The notes under the pieces were generated by a model. It was not told the DNA's origin. It made no database searches and worked only from the letters and a program-made list of their open reading frames with translations. From Eledone cirrhosa (lineage: Eukaryota), in the NCBI GenBank assembly GCA_964016885.1, contig OZ024742.1, positions 320,478,001 to 320,542,000 of the forward strand: 64,000 bases of DNA, written 5' to 3'. The translations under genes were made by a program, and so were the position numbers. This document shows, piece after piece, positions 1 to 12,290 of this stretch (its first letter is position 1; each line of letters opens with the position of its first letter).

Positions 1-532
1 TAAATACAATGTGATTAGATAACATAGAGGTGTATATATAACACAAAAGTAAATAAATGTATATATGTATGTGTGTGTGTGTGTGTGTGTGTATGTATTT
101 GATTATATGTGATGTGAGCAAGAGGGAAAATGTTTTTAACAGTTAAATAAGTTAATGTCAGAAAGTGGGTCACTTATACAATATAATTCACAGCTTTTAT
201 ATCATTATTTCTTGTAAAACCTTTTGTCCTGTAGATGAAATATTCGTGCTGTCAAACAGTTTTATTTTTTTTTTGCATACAAAAAAAAAAAATTAAACTG
301 TTTGACATTTCATTAAAATTATTAACTAGATAATTGAAGAAAATATATGTTAAAAAACTCCCCAAAATAACAATAACATAAGCTGTTTGAGAATTAGAAA
401 GTTTGCTGGTGGAAATATGAGAGACAGAGACAGTTGTAGTGATCAAGCAAGTTAATTATATAGTGGGTCTTTTGACCCTACCTGCATTAAATATATTGCT
501 TCACTAGCTTAACAATAAATGATATATTTAGC

Positions 533-722
533 AGGTATGGCTGAGTGGTTAACAAGTTTGATTCACAATCATAAGTTCAGTCCCATTGTATGGCATTTGC
601 GGAAAGTGTCTTTATGATAGTCTAAAGTCAACCCAAGTTTTGTGAGGGGAAATTGGATTGATGTAAACTGTATGGAAGCCTGCTCGATAGATTGTACCTA
701 CAATCAAAGGTCTAGCCTTGTT
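533..722 (+). mobile_element. Decayed tRNA-derived SINE
   Basis: GGTATGGCTGAGTGGTTAA box A and GTTCAGTCCC box B. Similar body at 47048-47210. Confidence 0.55.
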
Positions 723-727
723 ACATA

Positions 728-1075
728 CAGGCTGTCTGAAAAAAAAACAGGCTCATTTTTATTTTTGTATTTTTGTTTATATTATTCATCTTTTGACAAA
801 AACTGGCAAAACTCTGAATATATTTAGTTCAAACTGTTAAAAACAACATATAAAAAATTTACTATCTTTTGATGTTTCTGTCTTAAGTTACAGCACATGT
901 TCAAAGTGATTCCCACTTGAACCCATGCATTTTTTTAGGTGCATGGTGAAGTTTTGCATAACATCTATACAAACAGACCTAAGGATGGCTCTAATCTCCA
1001 CCCTGATGTTTTCCTTTAGTTTAGTAAGGATCCTGGGTTTGTTGACATATACCCTATCTTCACATAGTCCCACAT
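728..1075 (-). mobile_element. Tc1/mariner-superfamily transposon 3' remnant
   Basis: ORF remnant DRVYVNKPRILTKLKENIRVEIRAI...VMQNFTMHLKKCMGSSGNHFEHVL* is a typical transposase C-terminus. The terminus is TA|CAGGCTGTC. Confidence 0.75.
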
Positions 1076-1904
1076 GATTTGGCTCACTGCCCTCTGAATT
1101 CAAAATCCATCAACATTAATTTTATCTTTTATCTTTTCATGGTTGATGAAAAGAGTACTGATCCGGGGGTGGTGGATTGGTGGGATTGTTAAAGAGTTGA
1201 TGACATTCTTTATGGTATCTGATTTGGCTCTGTGTATTTTGAGTTCAAACCCTGCCTCCTTCTGCTAGGAGTTACAATCAGCTGTGGAAAAAAACAAAAC
1301 AGTGGAAACATTGGTTCCTTGGTTTAATCTGACCATCTGGTTATTTTCCTTTTAAAGGAGAAAATATTAAAATAAGTTTTATATTAACCATTTTAAATCT
1401 ACATTAAGATTTAAACTGAATCGAACTAGTAAACAAATGAACTGCAGCCACAGATGGTATCTGTTAAACTGTGTCATTGAAATTTGAGTCACCTTTGTTA
1501 GAAACATTACTCTGCTGTTGATAGGACACAGACTGTTGTCACTTCACAGTCACTAAAATTCTAATTACACTATACACTTGACCAGATGTGACTACTTTTA
1601 TATTAATTATATTATATATTAATTATTATTCAGAATTTTTCTTTTTTTTCACTATCTTCAATCTGTCATGATAAGGTTTTAAAAACATATGATTTGAGTA
1701 TATATCTGCTTGCTGTAGGAATGTTGCCGATTGGTTAAGGTGCTGCTCTTCCAATCATGTCATTGGTGGTTCATTGTGACTTTGAAAAAAATAGTTCTTT
1801 TAATAATAAGTTGGTGGGTGGGGGGTTTGGAATAAAAGTGGGGGTGCTGAAAAATTAATAAGCGGGAGTGAAGGGCCTTATTCAAAACCTGAGAGTAGTT
1901 ACCT

Positions 1905-2330
1905 TTCTCTTACCTGACTCCTTTGTTCTTGTAGCAGTTGACAATGATACATCTATGCCAGTCATTAGATATGGCATCTCCTTACTCTACCTCATTAACT
2001 ATGCAGGTGATTAGTGTGTGAATTACTTGCAGGTGTCTAGTGCATGACCTACTTTGATATATATTTTCAGTAGCTCAGCAACTATCACTGATGGTTCAAT
2101 TGTCTTCTTTGTCATAGTCCCAAACCCTAAAGCTGTTCCCTTCCATGTCTCATCCTTAAGTTGGATCAACTTGAGGCTGACCCTCTCTAATGCAGTCTCT
2201 CATAGAAGCATCCATACCTTTTTCTTTTCAGTTCCAGTGAGGACAAGTGCGTTACTATCATTCCATACACACTGCTTCCCCGGTGTTGCCTTAGTTCACT
2301 TTGGTATACTTCTTTGCAATCCAGGACATC
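1905..2330 (-). mobile_element. Decayed RTE-like LINE fragment
   Basis: Minus-strand frames give EPSVIVAELLK and DAISNDWHRCIIVNCYKNKG, the pre-RT motifs of APE-type LINE ORF2. Confidence 0.6.
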
Positions 2331-3012
2331 CCGTGTCTCTGATCCTCACAGTGCAAAATATGTGCAAACCTCTTATTCTTGGCTTGATAAGTATGTATGT
2401 ATAATATGTATCTTTTGAAGTTGTAGGGGCACTATAATGACATACAGTGTTTCTCCTCTCCAGGTCAAAACACTGACAATTCTTCCAGAGAAGGTGAGAG
2501 AGAGAGAGAGAATCGACCCTAGTACTGACTGATACTTTACTTATCGACCTCAAAAGGATGAAAGGCAAAATTGACCTTGGCATAATTTGAACTAAGAGCA
2601 CAAAGCACCAGAACGAATACTGTAAAATGTCGTCAAAGACAATGTTGAGTAAGATCTTATCTCAAAGGACAGGAATCACCAGCTAGAAGTGTGCTGGCCC
2701 ACAGAAACGATAGGAAGAGAGGATCAAAAGAATAAAATGGAGAAAAGGAAAATGAAAGAAATCACACAAACATTATCTTTTCCCCTCAGCTCTCATACCA
2801 GAATGAAGTTTCACATGATTTAAAATTTGAGAGGACTACATATAATTGCTGGCTTCTGCAACAGAAAATGAATATTTCTGTTGGTATGATGTATGTGTGA
2901 AAAACGAAAAAAATAGATAGACAGACAGATAGATTGGAGGGAGAGAAATGAGAAGGATATAGAGAAGAGGAGAGGAGAAGAGAAAAGCAGGATTGAGATC
3001 GATGGAGCATAA

Positions 3013-3321
3013 GAAAATTGATTTAAAAAGAAAGGATTTGAAAAGTGCACTTAGTATAGATATAAAGGATCTTTATAACATGTACAATAATTGATGTTAA
3101 AAGCAGATGTTTAGCAAAGCCTGCTCTCTCCGTATTGGATTATCAAAACATTTGCTATTAGGCTAAATTGTTTTTTCTCGTTAAAATTCCTGTTTTAATG
3201 AGAAAAAACAATTTAACCTAATAACAAATGTTTTGAGAAAGAAGGCTTTTCTAAACATCAATTTTTAACATCAATGTCCTTTATATATATATATACCAAA
3301 CCTTTTTTTAAAATCATTTTC
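3013..3321. repeat. Imperfect foldback (~310 bp), MITE-like
   Basis: Nested complementary blocks around a centre near 3190, e.g. TCAAAACATTTGCTATTAGGCTAAATTGTTTTTTCTC vs GAGAAAAAACAATTTAACCTAATAACAAATGTTTTGA, and ATTGATGTTAAAA vs TTTTAACATCAAT. Confidence 0.75.
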
Positions 3322-3574
3322 ATAACGTGAACTGTACAGATCGTTTTCCACACATTTTTCATTTTATATATATATGCTGTCGAAATGTTTGATAAATACT
3401 CCATCGTAGCCACCGTGAAGGGGCTGCTTCATAGGAGCCTTTATTCTTATAGCTTGGACTAATTGATTTTTTATATGGTTAATTATGCTAATTGGGAGAA
3501 GAAATGGTATATATTATATCTAGTGATTCTAAAGACATGTTTTATGATATATATATATATATATATATATATAG

Positions 3575-3692
3575 CTATATTTGGGGAGGGTCATATTGTT
3601 ATAATATTGCCAGAAATATATAATAAAACACACTCATTGATATATAACAATATTTGTTTCAACACACGATTTCATATAAAAAAAACCTTGCA
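3575..3692 (-). mobile_element. Diverged terminal fragment related to the PLE2 pLTR end
   Basis: TATATTTGGGGAGGGTCATATT...TAATATTGCCAGAA.TA.ATAA.A.AACACACTCA matches 59898-59956. Bounded by (TA)n runs. Confidence 0.7.
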
Positions 3693-3717
3693 AATATATA
3701 TATATATATATATATAT

Positions 3718-4062
3718 GTAGATAAATCTACCAAGAGTTTACGGTAGTGTCCAATCCGTATGAAGAACTCAATGTATTCCGGATATCATGGAAAGAAGAG
3801 ATGTAATGAAAAATCACTTTCGGTGAAAGATAAACGGAATACAGAGTCAAGATAAAATATTAAACAAATAATGAATAAAACAATGAAACAGTTCCTTATA
3901 TTAAACAAAAAAAGTTCATTATTTAACGATCGTTTCTAGGATATATATGTGTTAGAATTGGCATGCATATTCAACAGATCTATGTACAAAATTATACAAA
4001 ATTATACAAACTATCAAGATTAAATATACATACCAAACACACATATATGCCGTCTTCAGAAA
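3718..4062 (-). mobile_element. Solo terminal (pLTR) fragment of the PLE1 family
   Basis: Near-identical to the reverse complement of about 57406-57748. Starts after (TA)n and ends in the hammerhead, just past the CUGAAGA core. Confidence 0.9.
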
Positions 4063-4156
4063 AAAAAAATATATATATAACGAAGGAAGTGTGGTAAGGA
4101 ATCAGATGGACCATAACGCACCAGAGTACTCGATACTATGGGTAGTAGAGTGGGTA

Positions 4157-4281
4157 ATAGGAAAAGAGTCAGGACCCCGACGGCTGAGCTCCAGCCGTTT
4201 CGATAGCTATTTCTCAACAGTTCAGAAATAGCTGTCGAAACGGCCGGAGCTCAGTCGTCGGGGTCCTGACTCTTTTCCTAT
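4157..4281. repeat. Long palindrome: 58-bp arms, 9-nt loop, 3 mismatches
   Basis: 4157-4214 is the reverse complement of 4224-4281. The right end abuts (TA)n. Confidence 0.95.
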
Positions 4282-4479
4282 ATATATATAGTAAAATGAA
4301 AAAAAGTGTGGAATCTTAGGAGAAAGTTTGTGTACCAAATTCCTCTGGCAAAACATTGATCAACACGCGGGTAGAGTGGTAGGAGATACTTTCCCAAGGT
4401 GCAGCAGTAGGATCGAACCCGAATGGAACTACGTAATTGCGAAGTCAACCTTATTACCATAGAACCACGAATGAAATTT

Positions 4480-4665
4480 GGCTGTTTTGTTTTCTTGTAG
4501 CTGGTCGAGTACCCACGCACAGACTTCTCTATGAGATCAAAATCATATTATGGGGATGTGGAAATATGTCGGTAATCAAGAGAGCGTTTTGCTTTTGTTT
4601 ATTGACCTGCCGACGGAACATTTTTCATAAGCTTCCTGTCATCCGGCTTACACCGCCGTGCTGTC
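4480..4665 (+). promoter_or_regulatory. Probable ABCD3 promoter / 5' UTR region
   Basis: CpG-containing, non-repetitive stretch immediately upstream of the ABCD3 ATG in an otherwise CpG-poor background. No TSS data. Confidence 0.4.
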
Positions 4666-4772
4666 ATGGCTCCAATTGCAAGTAAGTTGACGCCGCGCTC
4701 GTCGGCTGTCATTACTGCTTCGGGATTTGCACTCGCATTCTTGTACCGTGTTCTATCGCAACGTCTCAATAA
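4666..4772 (+). CDS. ABCD3: ABCD3/PMP70 peroxisomal ABC transporter, coding exon 1
   Basis: ATG at 4666 reads MAPIASKLTPRSSAVITASGFALAFLYRVLSQRLN+AA, then a GTAAGT donor (phase 2). Resembles the N-terminus of vertebrate ABCD3 (MAAFSKYLTARNSSLAGAAFLLLCL...). Lies in a locally CpG-rich region. Confidence 0.85.
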
Positions 4773-5843
4773 GTAAGTCTATCCTATTATTTTGTTGAAA
4801 TATTTTCTCTTTTCATACTTACTTATATTTATATATAAGATTTAGTGTTATGTATTATTATTTTTCTTGCTTTTTTTTTTTACCTCCTACCATGCGAATG
4901 GATGTGTAATCTCTCATATATATATCATACGAACTGTCAGTCGATATGTGACCACTAACAGGACATATCCATTCGATATCACTGTATTTCTCACACTGCA
5001 TATCCATTTAACGAATCTATTCCGGGACTTAATTCGAAAACTAGGAATAGGTAAGAAAATCATTCTAGTATTGGAAGTGTGTAGTGTACGTTTAAAATAT
5101 TTTGATGTGAATATCCATACATATTTTATGAGTAAAAGATATATATTTGTTAAAAGGCCGAAGGCAACGTTAGAAGGACAAGGAAAATATATTACTTGCA
5201 AGGTTAGACTATTTGTTTGTAATGAGAAAAGAAAGAAGCGAGTGGTGATTAGTGAGACTGAAGATGGATTAGATTAAAATAAAATTTAATGAATTGCATA
5301 CTCATTTATTTAGAAACAAAGACAATAATAAAAAAGTGAAGGAAAAAATATTGCACTAGTTTATGCATTTATTCACTGAAAATATTTTATATACAAATAT
5401 ATTAGTAGGAGCGCATTCATCCATTACCGGCATATAGAGGTAGACTGCTCGTCTTTAAAGCCTGACTGATCACATCTTGTTAGATATGCCTTTTTCCATG
5501 TATGATGAGTACGCAAGTGACTCTAGAGCCCCTTGATCTGTTTGAAATTTGCATTACAAACCGCAAATATATCTCAACCGGCATATAGCGATTTATATAT
5601 GCATACATAATCTCTCTTTCTCTCTCTCTCTCACACACACATATATATAATGCACACACTCACTCATATATGTATGCATATTTAAAAGAGAGAGGGGTTA
5701 CATATAAAGACCTCTGGACATTTCCCTTTTTACGTTTATCTTTTTGTACATAGCTCGGCTTTCCTCTGTCTTTCATTGTCAATAACACCCCTCTCTCTAT
5801 ATATCTATCATTTTCCTTCTCTCTCTCGCGTCCTTCCCTTCTC

Positions 5844-5878
<35 letters not shown>

Positions 5879-5958
5879 TACACACACACAAGTGTATAGT
5901 GTTTGCAGTAATAAAATTTAAAGGAATACAACCTGTCCGGCCTCCTGTCATTTTACCC

Positions 5959-6026
<68 letters not shown>

Positions 6027-6623
6027 TTACCCCCTTTCTCTAACTCATTGTTTATCTACCTCTCATTTTTCCTGTCTCGCGTTCTTTTCTTTACCCCTCT
6101 CCCTCTCGCATTCTACGAATCTTTTTATTATTTCATTTTCTCAATTCTTTTCACACACACTCATATATATATACAAACACATTTATAAACACAAACATAT
6201 ATTAATTGTATATTTATTTAATGAATTAATTAAATATATATATCAAACGTGATTCGGTGTATTATTTTCTTTAAAGACGTACCAATCTTATTTCGTAGTG
6301 CATATCAATCTGTCTTTTTCTCATTCCTTCTTTTTCTCTCTTTTATAATACCTTACCCCACTCACCCTGCTCTTCCTACATGTTTCTCTCTCTCTCTCTC
6401 TATCATTTCTCTTAATCTTTACTACGACATATTTGACACTTCCTCTATATCAATTCCTCTTATTTGTTTTCATCAAACTTTGTGTGTGTTTATATATATA
6501 TATATGCTCACACACATATATTGAAGGGGGAGAATCTCGACGACTAGTCCCATCGTTTCAGCTTGTGGTCTTTCCGATCTTCGCACCGTAGACACTCCCT
6601 GTATACACACACGTGTGTGTATA

Positions 6624-6730
6624 TAATTGTTTCTACTTTAGGCACAAGGCCAGCAAATACCCAGTGCATTACTGGTACTTTATTTTATCGACCCCGTAAG
6701 GATGAAAGGCAAAGTCAACCTCGGCGGAAT
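6624..6730 (-). mobile_element. SINE 3' half, same family
   Basis: Reverse complement of about 42192-42297. Confidence 0.75.
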
Positions 6731-8574
6731 GTGTATCGGTGTGCATCGTTAGGTGTATATAAAGTCTGAAGGTGAAAATAGTGGATTAATCGTTAGACGT
6801 TATATTTTCTTCATTTTGTTTTTCACACCTTTGGGAGTGGAAAAATGTAGGGTCGTTTCCTTATATTTCGAGAATATTCTCAAATTAAGTACACTCGGAC
6901 AAAGATCACCACCATCATCATTTAACGTCCGTTTTTTCCAACTATCTAGATAATGTTTAACTTGATGCTACCCGCCCTTTCTTTTGTCACGCAACAAAGC
7001 TGCGAAACTCAAATATCAACACGTTTCAGGCGTGGAGAACTAGCTGGCAACAGATGTCTCGACCCACCCAACTGAATAGCAACTCTAATGCAACTCTAAC
7101 GCACAGGTGCCGGCCGATTCAATACAACCATGCACCACTGGAGGCTGCGTCCATCATCAGCATGCCTGCATAGCTCGCCTGAGCAGGTCGTTGGACGTAT
7201 ACTGAGTACCCGGATCTCTATTCGCCCGAGTGTGTGGACCTCACACGCCCTAATGTGACTATCGTCAGTTTGTTGCAGCGCCCCAGGATGTCACGTGATT
7301 GCTGTGTCATACACAAGAAGTTCTTGGTCAGCCATAACCGAGAAGATCTATGATCATAAGCATTCCAACATAATGTGGTCCTAGTCCTAGGCAAAGTGAA
7401 CTTAGAACTCCATTATCGTTTATGTCCTTCTTTTCAAATAGGGTATATTAAGATTTGAAGGGAGATTTTGCTGCTATCTCCAGCAGGACTAATAACAGCG
7501 TAGACACGCGCGGGCGCATGTGTGTATAATCTCGCTTTAGCAACACAACCGGCTTTGCTGCTCTTTTCAATAGGTGTAAGTGGTATCTATTCTTGTTTAC
7601 CTCGTGCAAAATGTCTGTGTTTCTTGCCTAAATATATTTACTGAGACAAACACATACATATATTGACGAGAAAAAGATTGGAAGATCCTATTATCATACA
7701 AACTGTTCATTTTTGGTCTTGCTTAACGATTTAATAATGCAAATAATGTTAAAGCTATATCAGTATTAGGACACACCCACACACTAGGCAACAGTTGTTG
7801 AAGAGAGCGTTCCATAAGCTGTATGAATATTTTTGTGTATGTATCTTTACTGCTTTTAGCCCTTGGACTGCGGCCATGTTTGGGTACTACCTTCATGGAC
7901 TGCAGCCGATTATAGCATTCCCAGTACTTATTTCAATCTGGTACTTACTTTATCAATCCCTGTCTGATAAAATACGGGACACAACATAAACAAAATCAGT
8001 TTTTCTCATTAGTAACTTAGTCTAAATATAAACGCATGCACATACGGTATGTGTCACTGTACAGTCTCCATCTACCAAATTCCACTTACAAAGTATTCAT
8101 CTCCATTCTATAGTAGGTGATAGGATGGTCATAGTTAGAATTACGTTCATCTTAGATTCACAATGTCTTAGCTGATAAGAAGCCTAACCCTTTCATTATT
8201 ATACATTGACTATGGTTTTGAAATGATTTTGAAAATAATCAAGAATTTCGGTGGGATTTAGTATTATAACAAATCTGGTGTTTGGAACAAAGTTTCTTAC
8301 ATAAATTCCTGATGGCAAGTTTTTAAATAGAGTCCACGCCAAAAAGGATTGAGAGGACCCCACTGTCATGACACAACATATTTTCTAGTGCTGGTAGCAC
8401 AAAAAATGCAACCAGTACATCATGTAAGGTGGTTGGTGATAGGAAGTGCATCCAGCTGCTGACATCATGACCCCCCCAAAAGAGTCAAGAGGATTCTTTA
8501 GTTATGTCAAGGGTACTACAACCTCCCAAGTGCTGGCACCATGATAAAATGCTCCTGGTACATTCTGTAGAGTG

Positions 8575-9665
8575 CAGGAACATACAAAGGCAAAGGTGAT
8601 GCTCTAGAAAGGAGCAGCTATATAAGAATAAAACTAATGGACCAAGATATGAAAGTGACAGAAAGAGTTATAGCACAATTAATTAGAAAAAGAGTCAAAT
8701 TATACATTGGTTTCATGCCTTGGAAAAGTACCACAGGTGCCTTCTTTTTAGTGAGGTAATTACAAGAGAAGTTCCGAGCCAAGAATAAGCAGCTATATTT
8801 AGCTCTTGTTGATCTAGAAGTGGTCCTTGACAGAGTACCTCGATCTATTTTCTGGCGGTCCTTAAGGAAATTAGGTGTAGAAGAATATTTTGTGAGAGCA
8901 GTACAAGCCATGTACAGAGGAGCCGTCAGTAAAGTGAGAGTAGGAAGTGAGTATAGTGAGGAATTCAATGTACAGGTAGGAATCCATTGGGGTTCAGTTC
9001 TTAGCCCACTGCTATTCGACATAACAGAGGAGTTTAAGACCGGCTGTCCATGGGAACTTCTTTACGCAGATCACCTGGTCCTTATAGCTGAATCCATAAA
9101 AGAACTAGAGAATAAGTTCCAATTATGGAAACAGAACTTGGAATCAAATGGTCTGAGAGTAAACTTAGCCAAAACTAAAGTGCTAGTAAGTAGAAAAGAA
9201 GATAGGACCCTTATTCCCTCAGAGGAGTGGCCCTGCTGAATATGTAGAAAAGGGGTAGGCATAAACTCTATAAGATGTATACAATGTAAATCTTGAGTAC
9301 ACAAAAGATGTAGAGGGATAGCAGGTAGACTAACAGGAAGAGAAGACTTTGTATGTAGATGCATAGGGGTAATCAAGAGTAAGAGAATCAATGGTATAAA
9401 CCTTTTTCAATCACAGGAAGGAGCCATAGAAGTGGTTGATAGCTTCTGCTAGCTAGGTGACCTAATCAGCAGTGGAGGAATAAGGATAGGATGGAAGAAG
9501 TTTAGAGAGCTATTCTCACTGTTGACAACAAAAGATTTCTCACTGCATTCAAAAGGATGACTGTTTGACGCCTGTATGAAGTGTTATGCTGCATGGTAGT
9601 GAAATATAGGCAGTGATTGCAGAGGCCGTGCATAGGTTGGCTAGAAATGAAGCAACTATGCTTAG
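8575..9665 (+). mobile_element. Decayed RTE-type LINE RT fragment
   Basis: YIRIKLMDQDMKVTERVI, GFMPWKSTT, VDLEVVLDRVPR, VGIHWGSVLSPLLF, LLYADHLVL, GLRVNLAKTK, followed by a Cys-rich WPC..C..C region. Multiple stops. Confidence 0.85.
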
Positions 9666-9699
9666 TACAGACTTTACCAGGGAGATTTAACAAAGTGAT

Positions 9700-10790
9700 T
9701 TCTCTATAATTAGCGCAAATCTCTCTTGTCTCTCTTTTTGAAAATTGGGATTATTACGCCTGATTGCCACTGCTTTGGTGCCATTCCTGAGATCTTGCCC
9801 ACCTGGCACATATGAGTTAGCCAGTGAATATCTTCTCTATTTAAGGTTTTTAACATCTTGGCCTAAATGTCATCCTCCCCGGAGACCTTGCTACACAATA
9901 TTACCAAAAGGTGTTTGCTTGTTTCATGGACCTTGAAAAGGCATACAACCCGCTTTACGGTACTTGTTATAGAAGGTTCTGCAGGAGTATGGGATCAATG
10001 GACAGCTTCTTGTTGCCTTGAAATCCTTATACAAATGCCTTAGTAATTGTGTTCAGATAAACTGTGCAAAGTTAAAACCGTTCAATATGGGTGTTAGTCT
10101 CTGCAAAAGGTGCATATTGTAACCTCTCCTGTTCATAATCTTCAAGAACAGCCATGTTGAAAGTGGTATCAAAACCAGCACATGTAGGATCAGGCGACTG
10201 ATATTTGTAGACAACAAGGTGCTACTTAACTCGTCAGAAGGTGATCTCTGGATAAGTTTGCCTCCAAGTGCTGCTGGATAGGAAAGAGAATCAGCGCTGT
10301 GAAAAATGAGACATTCATTCTCTCAAGAAATTCTGCACAGTGCACTCTGCATGTGAGTCAAGTTTCATTGAAAGAGGTGAAGTAGTTTTAGTATCTCAGA
10401 CCATGTGATAGATGGCATGAGGCTGAATTAAATGCAAGAATTGCAGGAGCCGGTGCAGTGTTGTTCCAACTTTAGCTCTTGGTTATCAGAAAAAAGGGAG
10501 GTAGGTATAAAAATCAAACTTGCTATCTTCAATTCGGTGTTCTTACTTATAGAAATAAATCTTGGGTAATGACTGAAAGCATACGATCATGAATACAAAC
10601 AGCTGAAATGGGGTTCTTCCGCAGGGTCTTTGCAGTAACATTACTCAATAGAGTACACAGTTTAGAGATCAGGGAATCACTCCAGGTAGAGCTGCTACTT
10701 TTTTGAATCACAGCTTTGATTCTATGGACATGTTTCATCATTCATTCACAATCTTCTTCTTTACCCATGTATTCCTGAAAGGGTCATTGG
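9700..10790 (+). mobile_element. Second, older RTE-type LINE RT fragment
   Basis: DLEKAYN, QEYGINGQLL..LKSLY, PFNMGVSLCKRCIL*PLLFII, LIFVDNKVLL, IQTAEMGFFRRV remnants with many stops. Confidence 0.7.
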
Positions 10791-11519
10791 GGCAGAGTCC
10801 TCAGACAGGCCTATTAGTGAATCTTATCAGAAGTAACTTTCTCATTATTAAGCTGGTGTTTGGAACGTAGCTTAACACAAGGTTCTTATAGAGAATTATA
10901 ATGGAAGGCTTCTAAAGAAATACAAACACTTTAAAATAAACAACTTTGTATCATGGAACCAGGAGTGGTGGTTTCAGACAGTTTGGTATCAAATGTGTAA
11001 AAACAAAAAAAAAAAAACACATTAAAGAATGTTCTACACATACCACTTCCCCATAAAAGGCAACATATTCATGGAATGCCTTGGCTCCGGCTGTCATCAG
11101 ACTAAACAACAACAACAATCTGTAATGGTCATGGCACTGTATTGCTTTTTCTGATCACAGCACTAATACTATTTGTTAGCTTCTGTCACAAAGCAATGTT
11201 CATATTGTCTCTGTATTTCATGAAAGATCTGACAACTGTTTGTAATTTATGTTTATATGGTCTGAAAGAAAGAATTGAATACACTTTATGTAGAAATATT
11301 TCCTTCTCTCTCCTCAACAAAAGGAATAATATGGCATACAAATAGTCAAATAGTTGATATATGTATGTGTGTATAGGGAAGGCTAACACCTGATCAGATT
11401 AGTGCACAGCCTGGTGGTTAAGGGGTTAGTTTCACAATTGTAAGGTCATACCCATGCTAGCGTGGAAGATTGACGTTAAACGATGATGATGATAAGTTTA
11501 ATACTAGTTATGCAGTATA

Positions 11520-12200
11520 TATGTAGGAGAATACTATAAGCCAGCTACTGTAAGAAAGAAGACTAATCCAAAATGGGAGTGAATTTGAGTTGACCTGGAT
11601 GGCAAATATTACTTATCTCTTGTCTTGTGCAAGCAAAGGAAGCTGGTAAAGATGGTGGAGCTTACTGTCCCTTGGGAGGTGAACATCGATGATGCATTCA
11701 ACAGAAAATCCAGGAAGTACAGTGAACTGGTTGAACTCTGTGAAACTAGCAGATTATGTTAGCCTATAGATATAGGTGTCAGAGAATTTGTTGAAACCAG
11801 GATTGATCATTTCTCAAAGGCCTTGGACTGGGGCCAAAAGAAAGGAAACGTATTTCGAGAACTTTATCGGAGGCAGCTGAGAAAGTGGGCCACTACATCT
11901 GGTTCAAAAGAGATGATGAATGGTGTGCCTAAAACTTTCAGGTGGGTGGAGATGTCTTGCTCGAAATCACAGCATCAGACTCATTGAATTTCAAACTGCC
12001 CTCACACGTTGATGTGGACAGAGTCAAAACATTAGACTCATCTAAGATTGTGTTATTGTGCAGGAGCTTCATAGTATACACTAGTGGGTGACCCTGAGTA
12101 GCTCTGGTGATGCAGTGGAAGGGGGTTGAAACACTTCACCACCTGATGAGACATCAACTTCTGCATATGTAAATGGAGTGTAGCAGCATCCTCTGCAAGC
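11520..12200 (+). mobile_element. Hero/NeSL-like non-LTR retrotransposon 3' fragment (restriction-like endonuclease domain plus 3' UTR)
   Basis: VDLDGK...MVELTVPWEVNIDDAFNRKSRKYSELVELC...PIDIGVREFV...LSEAAEKVGHYIWFKRDDEW, typical of the RLE domain of Hero-clade elements. Confidence 0.75.
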
Positions 12201-12223
12201 GTTTTTAACAAGTATATATATGG

Positions 12224-12290
12224 AGGCACATGGCTTAGTGGTTAGAGCATTGGCCTTGCAATCGAAAGGTTGTGAGTTCAATTCTCAGAC
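12224..12290 (+). mobile_element. Isolated head of the same tRNA-derived SINE
   Basis: Identical to about 46406-46472 over ~65 nt. Confidence 0.7.

Noticed and set aside
1908-1980. Minus-strand exon (ATG...AG|GTAAG) of a divergent gene
   Set aside because: An alternative frame gives the LINE motif DWHRCIIVNCYKNKG, so it is part of a decayed retrotransposon.
4867-5277. 136-aa ORF (and 12525-12884, 252-446)
   Set aside because: No recognisable motifs, non-ATG starts or low-complexity composition, and intronic or intergenic location.
12224-12290. tRNA-Cys(GCA) gene
   Set aside because: The acceptor stem cannot close, and the identical sequence heads a longer SINE at 46406.
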